A DNA stretch of 64,000 bases from a virus (IMGVR_UViG_3300028827_000100:32001-96000), one strand, 5' to 3'; shown: positions 40,188 to 50,386, numbered from the stretch's first letter. A program made the numbers and translations. Notes: generated from the sequence alone by a model not told the origin.

Positions 40188-41554
40188 GCACGGATAGAGA
40201 AGGATGGAAGAAGATATTACAAAATGCAATAACACAGGTTAATCCAGACATAGATGTTGAATTTGGCCCTGTGTATGATGCTGTAATAAGACCCCTTGCA
40301 TCCATTCTTGAAGTTATAGATGCAAGAGTTGACTATATTAAAAATATAGTCGATATAAACAAGTGGCCGGAGTGGACTTCTGAAGACCTCGATCAGTACG
40401 CAAGTAATTTTGGAAGGATAAGAAGGCAGGGGACAAAGGCAAACGGGACTGTGGTATTTTATGCGATAGCAAAACCTCAGGCTAATATAGAAATACCAAA
40501 AGATTTTGCAGTTGAAACGGCAGACGGAACGAAGTTTATCACAACAGACAGCATGACTGTGGACATTGCAGATGTAGAGAACTATAAAAATGCTGATACC
40601 GGCAGGTACGAGTTTGAAGTTCCTGTTGAGTCGGTTGAGTATGGTTCAGCAAACAATGTTGCATCGGGTACGATAGTCAGGCTTGGTGGTTCTATAGCTG
40701 GTATAGCCGGCTGTGTAAACAGGTATGCAATGAAGGGCGGATATGATGAACAGACGAACGAAGAACTTGTAGAAGATATAAAACTTGTTATACAGGGAGG
40801 GCTTGGCAATTTAACAGCGAGTGCGATAAAGTTGTCAGTGTTTGATGCTTTTCCACAGGTGGTTGATATAGTTGTGGAAAGAAACAATCCTGTCATAGAC
40901 GGCACCATAGATGTTTATTATATAGGTGACACTATAAGTTCAAGACAGTTTACAACGTACTGGTATGGTTTTGACATATATCTTGACAGAGGGCCGGTGG
41001 ACAGTATTGTGTCTGTAACTTCTGGCTTAACAACATTTGTTGAAGATGTTGATTTTAAATTTATACAGGATAAACAGTCTGCTTTTGCAAGAACATCAAA
41101 AGCTAAAGACAGGATTGTATGGCTTGATGGCGGTAATAAACCGTCATATGGTTCACAGGTTACTGTTGAATACAGATACAACAGTCTTTCAGCTGAAATT
41201 GAGGAGTGGCAGTCAAACGCATACAATACTTTAATATCGGATAACATTATTTACCGTCGTGCCATTCCTGTGGATATAAAAATTGACGTGAAGGTTGTTT
41301 TGTATCGTGGCTACGGCGATTCTGTTCTATCGGATGTAAAGATGCAAATAAAATCATTTATAGACAACAAGAAAATAGGTGACAGTGTTGAAGTTGCGGA
41401 CATAATAAGTTTTATTAAGAAAAATGTTCCGGGTGTTAACAACATTACAGTTAACACTCTGGCACTTGTTGACGGAGATGGTGTAGAGGATTTAGTACCT
41501 AACAAGATGGAATATTTTGTCATTGACAATAACAACATTACAGTCAGGAGGTAA
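40184..41554 (+). CDS. Baseplate J-like wedge protein
   Basis: FG..RR.GTKA.G.V.F, G...NV..G.I, GG.DE...E, IG..V and VPGV motifs. Confidence 0.85.
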   Translation: MSTDREGWKKILQNAITQVNPDIDVEFGPVYDAVIRPLASILEVIDARVDYIKNIVDINKWPEWTSEDLDQYASNFGRIRRQGTKANGTVVFYAIAKPQANIEIPKDFAVETADGTKFITTDSMTVDIADVENYKNADTGRYEFEVPVESVEYGSANNVASGTIVRLGGSIAGIAGCVNRYAMKGGYDEQTNEELVEDIKLVIQGGLGNLTASAIKLSVFDAFPQVVDIVVERNNPVIDGTIDVYYIGDTISSRQFTTYWYGFDIYLDRGPVDSIVSVTSGLTTFVEDVDFKFIQDKQSAFARTSKAKDRIVWLDGGNKPSYGSQVTVEYRYNSLSAEIEEWQSNAYNTLISDNIIYRRAIPVDIKIDVKVVLYRGYGDSVLSDVKMQIKSFIDNKKIGDSVEVADIISFIKKNVPGVNNITVNTLALVDGDGVEDLVPNKMEYFVIDNNNITVRR

Positions 41555-41560
41555 AAGGAT

Positions 41561-42214
41561 ATGCCTACTTTTGAACAGATTCCGCTTGCCGGGAATCAGG
41601 ATGCACAAAATGTTTTTAGAATTACCATTGGGGATTTCCCATGCTCTGATTTGCCACGTATTACTGCATGGGACGATTATAACATGAATACGGTGAGTGC
41701 GGAGTCTCTTGCTGGTACACCTGCAAATGGAAATGTGAGTTCCATATGTGCTATTGACACGACGCTGTCAAGTTCCGGCACGGATTGGGCGACTGGTCTT
41801 GCACAAAATCCGGGTGGGCAGACCGCAAACAGGTTAAAAGGGAACGATTCATATATAACACTTGGGAATGTAGCACCGGGAGTTGGCGATACCAGAACTT
41901 TTCAGCTTGCAGTTGGAGTTGCCGCAGATTTTACACCGGGCACTACTGGGCATGAAATTGTTATAGGCGTGACTGTATATTATACTGGGAGTGCTCCATC
42001 TGTTACGCTTGAATACAATTCTTCCAATAGCGAGACAACGCCAAATTGGGTTGGCCTGAATATGCAATCGAAGGGGGTGTCTACTCCGCCAGCATATCCG
42101 AATACCGTTTTTGCTACAGGCCCGGATTCTACAACTACAAGCATAGACCCTGTTACCAAGCCTGATACCGGAGAGAAGTTTGCAGAGGAATACTGGGTAC
42201 AGACGGCGGCATAA
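41561..42214 (+). CDS. Tail/baseplate structural protein
   Basis: Thr/Gly/Pro-rich, beta-rich; operonic. Confidence 0.5.
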   Translation: MPTFEQIPLAGNQDAQNVFRITIGDFPCSDLPRITAWDDYNMNTVSAESLAGTPANGNVSSICAIDTTLSSSGTDWATGLAQNPGGQTANRLKGNDSYITLGNVAPGVGDTRTFQLAVGVAADFTPGTTGHEIVIGVTVYYTGSAPSVTLEYNSSNSETTPNWVGLNMQSKGVSTPPAYPNTVFATGPDSTTTSIDPVTKPDTGEKFAEEYWVQTAA

Positions 42215-42216
42215 CT

Positions 42217-42585
42217 ATGATGAAATTCGCAAAGTTTTTTGTCGGTGATAACGTATATACTGAATGGGATGACATCCCGGATGATGCACTGATTGAAAAA
42301 GTTGAAATTGATTTTCTCGGTCTTGGAGCCACTTTTGAAACCTTGCCTATTTTCAGACTTGAAGGTTGTAGCATGTATATGTTTCAGAAGTATGGCAAGG
42401 TTGCAATTGGTGGAAATGGTGTAAGGTACAATACGTTTTCCGGTTTTCAGATAGGAGGGAAAAGAGAAGGTGTTGGCTGGGTAGTTATGGATGCTCATTT
42501 TGATGAGAAGGTTGTAAGAGTGAGTATTGTGCCTGAAGTAACAACTATTTCGATAAAGAAGGGTTTGGATTATGTCACAAAGTGA
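42217..42585 (+). CDS. Hypothetical protein
   Basis: Operonic ORF. Confidence 0.55.
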   Translation: MMKFAKFFVGDNVYTEWDDIPDDALIEKVEIDFLGLGATFETLPIFRLEGCSMYMFQKYGKVAIGGNGVRYNTFSGFQIGGKREGVGWVVMDAHFDEKVVRVSIVPEVTTISIKKGLDYVTK

Positions 42586-43480
42586 CAGTTATGCATCACT
42601 GTCTTTCACGGTTAGAGGCCACGTAAAGAAATACACAAGGTTTGCATATTGGGTTGAAGAAGTTGCAAAGTCGTGGAGTGGGGTGAATTATTCAGTTGAA
42701 GGCGTGCTGAAAAGATATTTTAGGGTGAGTTCTGAAATCATGGCCGCAAGTAACAGTTGGGTAAAAGCCTCGTCAACCGTTGAAGGGGTTGGTGCGTCAT
42801 ATATAAATCACAGAGCAGATGTTGTTGACAATCCTCTCCCATTTTGGTTTTCTGTGGGCAAGGACGTTGAAGACAGAGGAGACAGTTATTCTTTTGTCAA
42901 TACAATTGTGCAAACGTTTTCGGATACTTATTCCCTGCTTGGTACGGTTGTACAGGCTCCTCTCTATTTATATTTTAAAAATTCTTCTCTGGTTGAAGTC
43001 TGGCAGTCGTTGTATGTTGGTGCAAGTTTGAATGTTGAAGAAATAGCAAACCTGTATTTTTCGCAGGAGGTAAACGTGCAAACTTCAATTGACGCATATT
43101 TCATGCACAAGGGTGAAGTTGAGAATTTTAGTAATTTGTGGAGTGGGATTACAACAACAGTGAATCCGTCAATAAGATTTGACCCGCTACCGGGAACATA
43201 CGATGAGCCGCAGGAGGTCAGTGTTATTGCGGATGATGTCCCGGTTTCGATAACATATACTCTTGATGGTAGTGAGCCGGATTTATCATCTCCTGAATAC
43301 AAGCAGTCTATACAGATTAACAGAAGTAAAACAATAAGAGTCATGGCTGTGTTTAGTGGTGGATATACGATTTATTTGAAAGGTGACTATGTAATAGAGA
43401 ATGAATATGGAAAGGTGTTGTATCAGGAGCCCTCTGTTTACGTTTCTGTTCTGGAGGATTCACTATGGAAAAAATCATAG
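42572..43480 (+). CDS. Fibre-like protein: 14 x 14-aa repeats plus chitobiase/beta-hexosaminidase C-terminal-like (Fn3-associated) domain
   Basis: Strict 14-aa periodicity; PLPGTY...ITYTLDGSEP...Y...I.I....TIRVMAV motif. Confidence 0.65.
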   Translation: MSQSDSYASLSFTVRGHVKKYTRFAYWVEEVAKSWSGVNYSVEGVLKRYFRVSSEIMAASNSWVKASSTVEGVGASYINHRADVVDNPLPFWFSVGKDVEDRGDSYSFVNTIVQTFSDTYSLLGTVVQAPLYLYFKNSSLVEVWQSLYVGASLNVEEIANLYFSQEVNVQTSIDAYFMHKGEVENFSNLWSGITTTVNPSIRFDPLPGTYDEPQEVSVIADDVPVSITYTLDGSEPDLSSPEYKQSIQINRSKTIRVMAVFSGGYTIYLKGDYVIENEYGKVLYQEPSVYVSVLEDSLWKKS

Positions 43481-44520
43481 TATATGATGAGCTTCAGGCA
43501 CAAATACCAAAAGGGGACTTCTACCTCGTTGGAACAATTCCATACAGGGGTAAAAAGAACTCATATGAATTTAATATAGATACTCTTTTACCCTATTCGC
43601 CTGTGTATATTGATTTTAACGGCGAGAGATACAACTTGCAGACGGATGCATCTGGCATAGTACAACTTGTTCTTTTTCTCAAATCGGGTGTGAATACACT
43701 CAAGTGGAGGTTGGCTGGGAAAGAGTGGAATGTTGTCGAGATAAGCACAAGTAATATAGGCGCTATCCACGAGGGTATAGGGGATGCTGTAAATGATATT
43801 CTCGCAGACTTGAGCGAGTATTGGGACAATGCATGTATTTCTACAGCTTTAGACCTGTCTCATTTTCATGCTATTTCTGGCATTGATGTCTTAACAAAAG
43901 AAAGACTTGAAGAAGCAATGCAGGCTTTATACTATTTTGTTGATAGAAAAATGGGGCCGTATGTTCTTGGTGGAGCAATGCAGAGTATACCCCCGATTAT
44001 ATACAGCGTTGGTTCTTTTGTCCCGAATAGAAACCTCGTTAAGGACAAACTGTTTTCTGATATAGAAAGTAACTATATACTTGAACCTTCAAATGGGGTT
44101 TTGGAAGTAGTTACTGGTGGCCTGTATGACAAAGCATTGAAGTATACAGGTTCTGGGAATGTTGAGATATATGTAGCACTCCATTCGTATGGAGGGGAAT
44201 ATGGGAACTGGTTGTTTTCGTTTTATGCCAAGTCGAATATAACACCGGATATAAGAATAGCTCTTTCGGTTGACGGGTCGTTGTGGTATTATAGTGATTA
44301 TATGACTCTTTCAGATGAATTTGAAAAATACACCCTGTTTATAAAGAACAGTGAAAATCCGAAATATGCGAAGATAGAAATAGGGCAGATGTTTTTGTCC
44401 AACAACTGGATAGAATTTTCGTATATGCATATAGGCAGAGACAGATGGTCGAGAACTTTACCGGCAACAGTTGGGTCTGGCGGTGACAAAAAACACTTGG
44501 CAATATTGTCATGTATATAA
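43465..44520 (+). CDS. Putative baseplate wedge protein with CBM-like domain
   Basis: NLV.D..F...FSFYAKS...LSDEFEKY carbohydrate-binding-module-like pattern. Confidence 0.45.
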   Translation: MEKIIVYDELQAQIPKGDFYLVGTIPYRGKKNSYEFNIDTLLPYSPVYIDFNGERYNLQTDASGIVQLVLFLKSGVNTLKWRLAGKEWNVVEISTSNIGAIHEGIGDAVNDILADLSEYWDNACISTALDLSHFHAISGIDVLTKERLEEAMQALYYFVDRKMGPYVLGGAMQSIPPIIYSVGSFVPNRNLVKDKLFSDIESNYILEPSNGVLEVVTGGLYDKALKYTGSGNVEIYVALHSYGGEYGNWLFSFYAKSNITPDIRIALSVDGSLWYYSDYMTLSDEFEKYTLFIKNSENPKYAKIEIGQMFLSNNWIEFSYMHIGRDRWSRTLPATVGSGGDKKHLAILSCI

Positions 44521-44532
44521 GGAGCGGGTGGA

Positions 44533-45480
44533 ATGGGAGAAAGTTCTTTTTCGATTTCGCAGACGACATATGTAAAAGAAAATGTGAACGAAGCATTCAG
44601 AAATGCAATGGATATGATAATTCCTGTTAACGTTTCGGTTTCATATGGTAGAGCAGTTGGGAATTTTTACGGCGTATACGATTCGACATTGTCAAATTGT
44701 ACTTTTGTTGGTATGAAATATGACGCTTCTCGTGAGATTGTTGTATTAACAGATGACGTTTTAAAAATAGATGCTCAACTTGAGTATGTAAGTTCGCAGG
44801 TTGCAAGAATACCAACTGTGGCAACGCAGGAAATAGGTATACTCAAGAAAGACAACCTTATAATACCGCAAAGTGAATGGGAATGGAACGGGCCTACAAC
44901 GATAAAATTGCTTTCATCCACTTTTGATGAAAATTCAGATTACAGATTTACGTATGAACAGAAAAAAGAAGTGAGCACGCCAATGCTGGACGTTGGCGTT
45001 TTGCCTTCTGAATATGACATGGTTTTTGACGCTTACAACTATTTGTTTGTAAACATGATTGCGGAGTCTGAAGTAGAAATGTCGCAAGTTGTATTTTTTG
45101 ATTCTGGAATGAGAGCATCCATAGACAATCCGGCCATAGAAGGTAGCGGTTCTTTGCGTGACGTTTCCGGAAATACCTATTTTAGTTGGTCGTATGTTGA
45201 CCGGCAAACAATAGAAATAGACGAGAGGGAATTTAAACCTGATGCGGTGTATGTTTTTACATATAAGACTAAATTCAGGTATGTATCTTATGACGGTATA
45301 GAATACTATGCGAGGTATGGAAGGTCTTACAATTCCATGTCTTCGTGGAACAAGATACAGCGTGGTGAAACTTTACCTCTTGAAAAATTTTACCAGTTCA
45401 GGTTGCAGGTAAGAGCACCAATTGTCAAGGAACAGTTGAGAATAAGAAGTATAGGAGTCAAGAAAATAAAACCTTTTTAG
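44533..45480 (+). CDS. Baseplate/tail structural protein
   Basis: Two similar W....TI......F.....Y.FTY segments; C-terminal YQFRL. Confidence 0.5.
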   Translation: MGESSFSISQTTYVKENVNEAFRNAMDMIIPVNVSVSYGRAVGNFYGVYDSTLSNCTFVGMKYDASREIVVLTDDVLKIDAQLEYVSSQVARIPTVATQEIGILKKDNLIIPQSEWEWNGPTTIKLLSSTFDENSDYRFTYEQKKEVSTPMLDVGVLPSEYDMVFDAYNYLFVNMIAESEVEMSQVVFFDSGMRASIDNPAIEGSGSLRDVSGNTYFSWSYVDRQTIEIDEREFKPDAVYVFTYKTKFRYVSYDGIEYYARYGRSYNSMSSWNKIQRGETLPLEKFYQFRLQVRAPIVKEQLRIRSIGVKKIKPF

Positions 45481-45492
45481 CAGGAGGCAAAG

Positions 45493-47589
45493 ATGCAGAG
45501 GATAATACTCAAGCCTGGTCAGGAAGTATTTGTCGATCATCTGAACTACATCGAAGAAACAAAAATAGAGAATATAAGAAATATAGTCACTAAATTTGGT
45601 ACTGCCGGGCCGATAAAAGGTCTTGTTGTTTCGCCTGATACGAATGATGCAACAAAAGTTTCTGTCACTGCTGGATATGGCTATACTTATGGTGGAGAGT
45701 ATTTTGAGCTCTTAAATGATATCACAGGAATAACTGTATCAAATGCTATTGGTGCAAAGACATATATTGCCGCAAAGATAGCAGAGAATGAGGGGTTTTT
45801 AGTGCCAGACCATGTAAGTGGTGAAGTTAATGCTACAATGATTTCTCACGAATATAGTATAGAGGCACTTTCTGAAAGTGAGTGGTTGAATCTGTCGGAC
45901 AAATCCATGTATATGCTACTTGCTATAGTTCATGGAAGTGGTGGTCTTGTAAGAGCTACAGACATTCAGAGAAATTCTGTACAGCCGGTTTCCATTATGT
46001 TTGTGGAAAGCCAGCCGGTTGCTCTTACAGGGGTTGAAGTAGTTGCTGTTTCTACAAATACCCCTTCCGGGGTTTCGAGTTTGAAGTTTGATTATGTAAA
46101 TTATGAATTTAGTTGGAAGGCTCCATCAGATACAAGTTATGGTTCGCCTGTGAGTATTGGCGCAGATGGTATTTATACTGTTTATGATTCTACTGCAACT
46201 CTTTTTATAAAAATAAATATTGAAGTTGTGAGACTTCCAGTACAGGATGTTGAAGAAAATTTAAACATTGTAGATTTGTTTGCTGATTATGATTTGTCCA
46301 TAGGTACGTCTAATGATATTTTGCATCGCTCAATGGCTGGTAGTGGCTTGTTATCACCACGCAATCCACATGGTCAAACATTGGATGATTTTGATCCGGG
46401 GGTAAATCAAAATCTTATAACACACAGGTCAAAGGAGCATACTGCATCCATCATAGGAACGCCCGGAAGTTCTACTTGTGTACCGATTATATCATCTTCA
46501 AATACTTTGACGGTTGGTGCTATTGTTTCAGGCGAATATGTTGTGAGCGGTGGCATATTGATAAGTGCTGTTTATTCACCCCTTGTTGTTTTTTCTGTAG
46601 GGGATTCGGTTGGCACTTATAATATTTATATAGATTCGTCTGGCAGACTTGAAAAAACATCGTCTGTGGTTGGGGAACAGTATTTTAATGTATGTACGGT
46701 TGATTGGGATGGTGTACAGTTGACAAATGTTGTAGATAAAAGAAAATGGGGGACGATAAGGCCGGACAGAGTAAGTGTTGAAGATGATGAAAATAGGGAA
46801 AAAGAGTTAAATGAAGTCTCTTACAGTTTATCAGACACGCTATCAAAAATAAGAAAATCTCTTGGGAATATACTTAATGGGTCATGGACTAAAACTCCAG
46901 CTACAAATTTGGACAGTATTGATTCAAGCATTAATTCGCTAAATAGTGATATGACGGATGCGAAAAATGATATAGCAAATCTTCAAACTGATGTTTCAGT
47001 TTTAGATGGTGAAGTTACAGGTTTGCAATCAGATGTTGGTGCTATTAGTTCTGATGTTTCTTCGTTGCAATCGGATGTAGTAAATTTGCAGGAACATGCG
47101 AATAAGGACTTTAATGATACTGGGCCAAGTGATGAGCTTCACGGAGTGTATATGGGGCATGGTGGTGGTATAAATGCTGATAAAATAGACGATTGGGAAT
47201 TGAGTGATATTCTTGCAGGTGCTACAAATTTAATAGTTTTTGCTCCAGAAGTAGATATGCAGGTTAATTTTTACAGTAGCACACCTGTAGAGGTTGACTG
47301 TAGCGGATATGTTGATGTTAACAACAGTGTATATGCCTATTGTCTTGTATTTGTGCAGGATAGTGACGGATGGGAGAGAAAGACATATGTTGCTCCAACT
47401 TCGGGCGGGCCTTGGAGCCTCGTTAGACATTCAACTGGTGCACAAAATTCGGCAAGTGGGAGAGGTGCTGGGCCGAATACAAATGTATTTTTTGCACCAT
47501 TGTCAAATGGAAAATTTTATATAAAAACTATTGGCGATCTTTTTTGGGGTGGTGAACCTAAATTGTATCTTCTTGGACATATGATATAG
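45493..47589 (+). CDS. Tail fibre protein with heptad coiled-coil segment
   Basis: GL.V......VSVTAG.GY attachment motif, NPHG, LQSDV heptad repeats, NADKID, then a C-terminal domain. Confidence 0.7.
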   Translation: MQRIILKPGQEVFVDHLNYIEETKIENIRNIVTKFGTAGPIKGLVVSPDTNDATKVSVTAGYGYTYGGEYFELLNDITGITVSNAIGAKTYIAAKIAENEGFLVPDHVSGEVNATMISHEYSIEALSESEWLNLSDKSMYMLLAIVHGSGGLVRATDIQRNSVQPVSIMFVESQPVALTGVEVVAVSTNTPSGVSSLKFDYVNYEFSWKAPSDTSYGSPVSIGADGIYTVYDSTATLFIKINIEVVRLPVQDVEENLNIVDLFADYDLSIGTSNDILHRSMAGSGLLSPRNPHGQTLDDFDPGVNQNLITHRSKEHTASIIGTPGSSTCVPIISSSNTLTVGAIVSGEYVVSGGILISAVYSPLVVFSVGDSVGTYNIYIDSSGRLEKTSSVVGEQYFNVCTVDWDGVQLTNVVDKRKWGTIRPDRVSVEDDENREKELNEVSYSLSDTLSKIRKSLGNILNGSWTKTPATNLDSIDSSINSLNSDMTDAKNDIANLQTDVSVLDGEVTGLQSDVGAISSDVSSLQSDVVNLQEHANKDFNDTGPSDELHGVYMGHGGGINADKIDDWELSDILAGATNLIVFAPEVDMQVNFYSSTPVEVDCSGYVDVNNSVYAYCLVFVQDSDGWERKTYVAPTSGGPWSLVRHSTGAQNSASGRGAGPNTNVFFAPLSNGKFYIKTIGDLFWGGEPKLYLLGHMI

Positions 47590-47601
47590 AAGGAGGTTTT
47601 T

Positions 47602-48243
47602 ATGTACGCTATAGTGAAAGATGATATTGTTGTTACTACTATTAGTGATGCCAGCATCAAGTATTATCGTTCACCTGAAAAAAGAAATACATTTGTGCTT
47701 ATACCGGATGAGTTGTTGTCTGTTGATATAGAACGTTTGCGGTATGATGGTGGTGAAATAATTGATGTTGGTACAAGTGCTCGCAAGTTTTTTGTTGACA
47801 AACGTGGTGTGAAACATATTTCAGATTCTACTGATGATGAAAGGCAAGTTTTGTATTGCAGGTTCGATGATGAACTTGTTTGTGAGGATGGTAAATGGAG
47901 AGTGCTAAAAGATGAGGAGAAACTTAATAGAATCAGGTCTAAAATGATAGAGGCCGTAAAAACTGAAGCTGGTATCAGAATAATGAATGTGATGCCATTG
48001 TGGAAGCAGATAAATATGCTAAAGGAAATAATTGATATTATGGTGGAGGCAATGCTTAATAAAAAAGTTCTTTCCAAGGAAAGTTTAAAGAAAATTGAAG
48101 ACATATCCAGTTTGTGGGATTCTGCTGTTGTCAAAAATAGGCTGGCATCGAATTTAATTGAAGATAAAATAAAAGAAGAAAAAGAATTGGACAACATCTA
48201 TAAGCTGAATTTTAAAGATGATGAGTTGTGGGAGGGAAAATAG
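47602..48243 (+). CDS. Putative tail-fibre assembly/chaperone-like protein
   Basis: Follows the fibre gene; PLWKQIN...LW...RLASN.IE..I motif. Confidence 0.6.
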   Translation: MYAIVKDDIVVTTISDASIKYYRSPEKRNTFVLIPDELLSVDIERLRYDGGEIIDVGTSARKFFVDKRGVKHISDSTDDERQVLYCRFDDELVCEDGKWRVLKDEEKLNRIRSKMIEAVKTEAGIRIMNVMPLWKQINMLKEIIDIMVEAMLNKKVLSKESLKKIEDISSLWDSAVVKNRLASNLIEDKIKEEKELDNIYKLNFKDDELWEGK

Positions 48244-48446
48244 TGCAAATGCAAAAATATAAATTGCGTTCTGAAAGGCGAAAAAGCAACAGTAATCCCG
48301 CAACATACAAGTATTGTCATTCCTGCAAGAACTTCTTTACTCTAAATGGGAAGAAATTAAATTTCTGGAATGTTAAGGCAGTCGGTTCGTGCAATTATAC
48401 CAGATTTATTTGTGATGATTGTGTGAGAGATATATTTTCCATATAG
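48228..48446 (+). CDS. Small Zn-ribbon protein (start uncertain, possibly 48248)
   Basis: CHSC...CDDC. Confidence 0.5.
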   Translation: MGGKIVQMQKYKLRSERRKSNSNPATYKYCHSCKNFFTLNGKKLNFWNVKAVGSCNYTRFICDDCVRDIFSI

Positions 48447-48535
48447 GGATTATAATAGAATTTAATAACCTTATTAATAAACTATACTTATTATATTATA
48501 TAATAATCTAATTACATATTAACCTTCCTGATAGT

Positions 48536-48574
48536 GTATAATACATATGCCGGGGGAAGTGTGTCTACCCGGCA
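48536..48574 (+). promoter_or_regulatory. Conserved 33-bp element, copy A (TATAAT plus GC-rich leader hairpin)
   Basis: GTATAATACATATGCCGGGGGAAGTGTGTCTAC after a ~90-bp AT-rich tract; TGCCGGG/CCCGGCA stem ends next to the SD. Confidence 0.7.
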
Positions 48575-48586
48575 GAAGGGAGGTAT

Positions 48587-49075
48587 ATGAATATGAAGGA
48601 GAGGGGGAAATATATCACCGCTGATGTGGTGGTATTTTCAGGCGACACCTCAGTGAGGGGTGCGTTTGAAGTGCGTCACGCATTTGAATCATTAGGTTGT
48701 GTCGCTGTTAAAATAGAGACGGTGCAGGACAATATCAATGTTAATCTCGTAGCACCTTACGACATTAAGGAGAGGCTTTATAAATATTATCCTGAGTTTT
48801 ATGTTGACACCACATGGGCGATTCTCAATGTTGACAGGAATCGCCTTTCAAAACTCCCCTCAAGGATAATACACAAGCCCGTCCCCCTAAAGGTTGTAGT
48901 AAAGGGGCTTGTGTATCACCGTAAAATCAAAATATTCTTCATTCCTTCCCTTACATCACAAATACAAATAAAAGGTAAGGGGAAAAGCACGCCTAAAAAA
49001 TCTTCCAAAAAATCTTCCTCTATTGTGTTTTTCAAGCCGTTGAAAATTAAATTCAAAAGAAGGAGGAGCGCATGA
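48587..49075 (+). CDS. Hypothetical protein with basic C-terminus
   Basis: GGGAGG SD; first gene after element A. Confidence 0.65.
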   Translation: MNMKERGKYITADVVVFSGDTSVRGAFEVRHAFESLGCVAVKIETVQDNINVNLVAPYDIKERLYKYYPEFYVDTTWAILNVDRNRLSKLPSRIIHKPVPLKVVVKGLVYHRKIKIFFIPSLTSQIQIKGKGKSTPKKSSKKSSSIVFFKPLKIKFKRRRSA

Positions 49076-49992
49076 ATAAGACTCTCAACAAATGGGTAGA
49101 GGGCGTACTCATGCCGTCAACCATTCTCTCCATCGGTATTACTATGGACGGTAAGCTCGTGTGGGTTGATGGCGACACGATTGTAGGGGAAGTTGATGAC
49201 AATCCGACTGTATATGGCCGCTATCAGGGGTGGGAAGAATGGAGAAAAAAGCCCTGCTACGAGACGGCATACAAACTTGCTTGCTCTATTGAAGAAAAGA
49301 AGATGCGCAGGGCTACAAAGCCTGTCAAGAAAATAGTGCATCTTCCCATGCAGGAATATAAAGAGCTTGTAAAGCAGATGGGCAATCTCATGAAGAGAAT
49401 AAATATATATGAAGCACTCTATGCGAAGAAAGCAAAGACGGAATACCCGGAAATGATGACGCTTGTTAATGCGGTTAAGGTCAGCAATGTTCAGTGTGGG
49501 AATGATGAGAAATATGATTGTTTTACCTGTACCGTGAAGAGAAGGAACAATTGTTGGAAGTTGGCAAAAAAGTTACAACACAAGCAAAACGTAATAAATG
49601 GGTTGCCGTATACAAGAAATCAACTTGCAGATTTGAGAATATCGGATCTGTGGATACTTGCATCTCATCTCAAGGTAGAGGTTGCCCTGAAGGGCAAGTC
49701 GTATCTTGTAGCGGCGATACACGACAAGCAGAAAGAACTTGGGCTGATAAAGGATGAATATAAAGGAATAAGGGAAGTTGCGAATAGAAAGAAAAAGGAA
49801 GGTGCTTCGATAAAGGACGTTGTTGCTGAATCTCTCAAGGTTGTAAAGAATCAATTGAAGAAAGAGAAAAGAAAAAAGAGGGTTGCGGACATCACCAAAA
49901 AGATTGAGGTTGTTGATATTAAAAACGTGATGACAAAAGAGGAGCTTGCTTCAAAGCTCTCTAAAAAATTTAACGTTAAAATAGGAGGGTAA
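49072..49992 (+). CDS. Basic protein with Cys cluster and Rho-N/HEH-like motif
   Basis: C-x7-CxxC-x7-C; QLADLRISDLWILASHLKV...KSYLVAAI. Confidence 0.5.
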   Translation: MNKTLNKWVEGVLMPSTILSIGITMDGKLVWVDGDTIVGEVDDNPTVYGRYQGWEEWRKKPCYETAYKLACSIEEKKMRRATKPVKKIVHLPMQEYKELVKQMGNLMKRINIYEALYAKKAKTEYPEMMTLVNAVKVSNVQCGNDEKYDCFTCTVKRRNNCWKLAKKLQHKQNVINGLPYTRNQLADLRISDLWILASHLKVEVALKGKSYLVAAIHDKQKELGLIKDEYKGIREVANRKKKEGASIKDVVAESLKVVKNQLKKEKRKKRVADITKKIEVVDIKNVMTKEELASKLSKKFNVKIGG

Positions 49993-49993
49993 C

Positions 49994-50386
49994 ATGACAG
50001 CAACAGTAGATGTAAATACGGCAAAGGTCTTACTTGCATACATGAACGGAATAGTGCGTCTTAACAACGCACTTTTGCAGTGTGTTGACAGGGAGCTCAA
50101 TATACCATTGATAATGATACCAGCCACTACCGCAGTAAGAAGTTTGTATGCAAGTATGGTCAAGTGTGAGAGTGGATATAGATGTAATGCTTGCATGGAC
50201 AGGAATGAGTGTATGCGTTCGATACTCATTAAGATAGACAAGGCGCTCAAGAAGGCTTCCCTTGGAAAGATTGGCATTGACAAAGCACTTGAATTTGAAA
50301 CTAACGTGGATGAGTTGCCTTTGTACGATGGGTACAGAGAGGCGGTGCATCTTGTTAGACAGGTAATAGTGGAGATGGGTACATGA
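49994..50386 (+). CDS. Hypothetical protein with Cys cluster
   Basis: C-x5-CxxC-x5-C; AGGAGG SD. Confidence 0.6.
   Translation: MTATVDVNTAKVLLAYMNGIVRLNNALLQCVDRELNIPLIMIPATTAVRSLYASMVKCESGYRCNACMDRNECMRSILIKIDKALKKASLGKIGIDKALEFETNVDELPLYDGYREAVHLVRQVIVEMGT

Noticed and set aside
24210-47589. Sheath, tube and baseplate as an eCIS, tailocin or T6SS
   Set aside because: Terminase, portal, protease, capsid and replication genes are linked, so this is a phage.
5477-47589. Diversity-generating retroelement acting on fibre genes
   Set aside because: No reverse transcriptase and no template/variable repeat pair noticed by eye; a self-alignment would be needed to exclude it fully.
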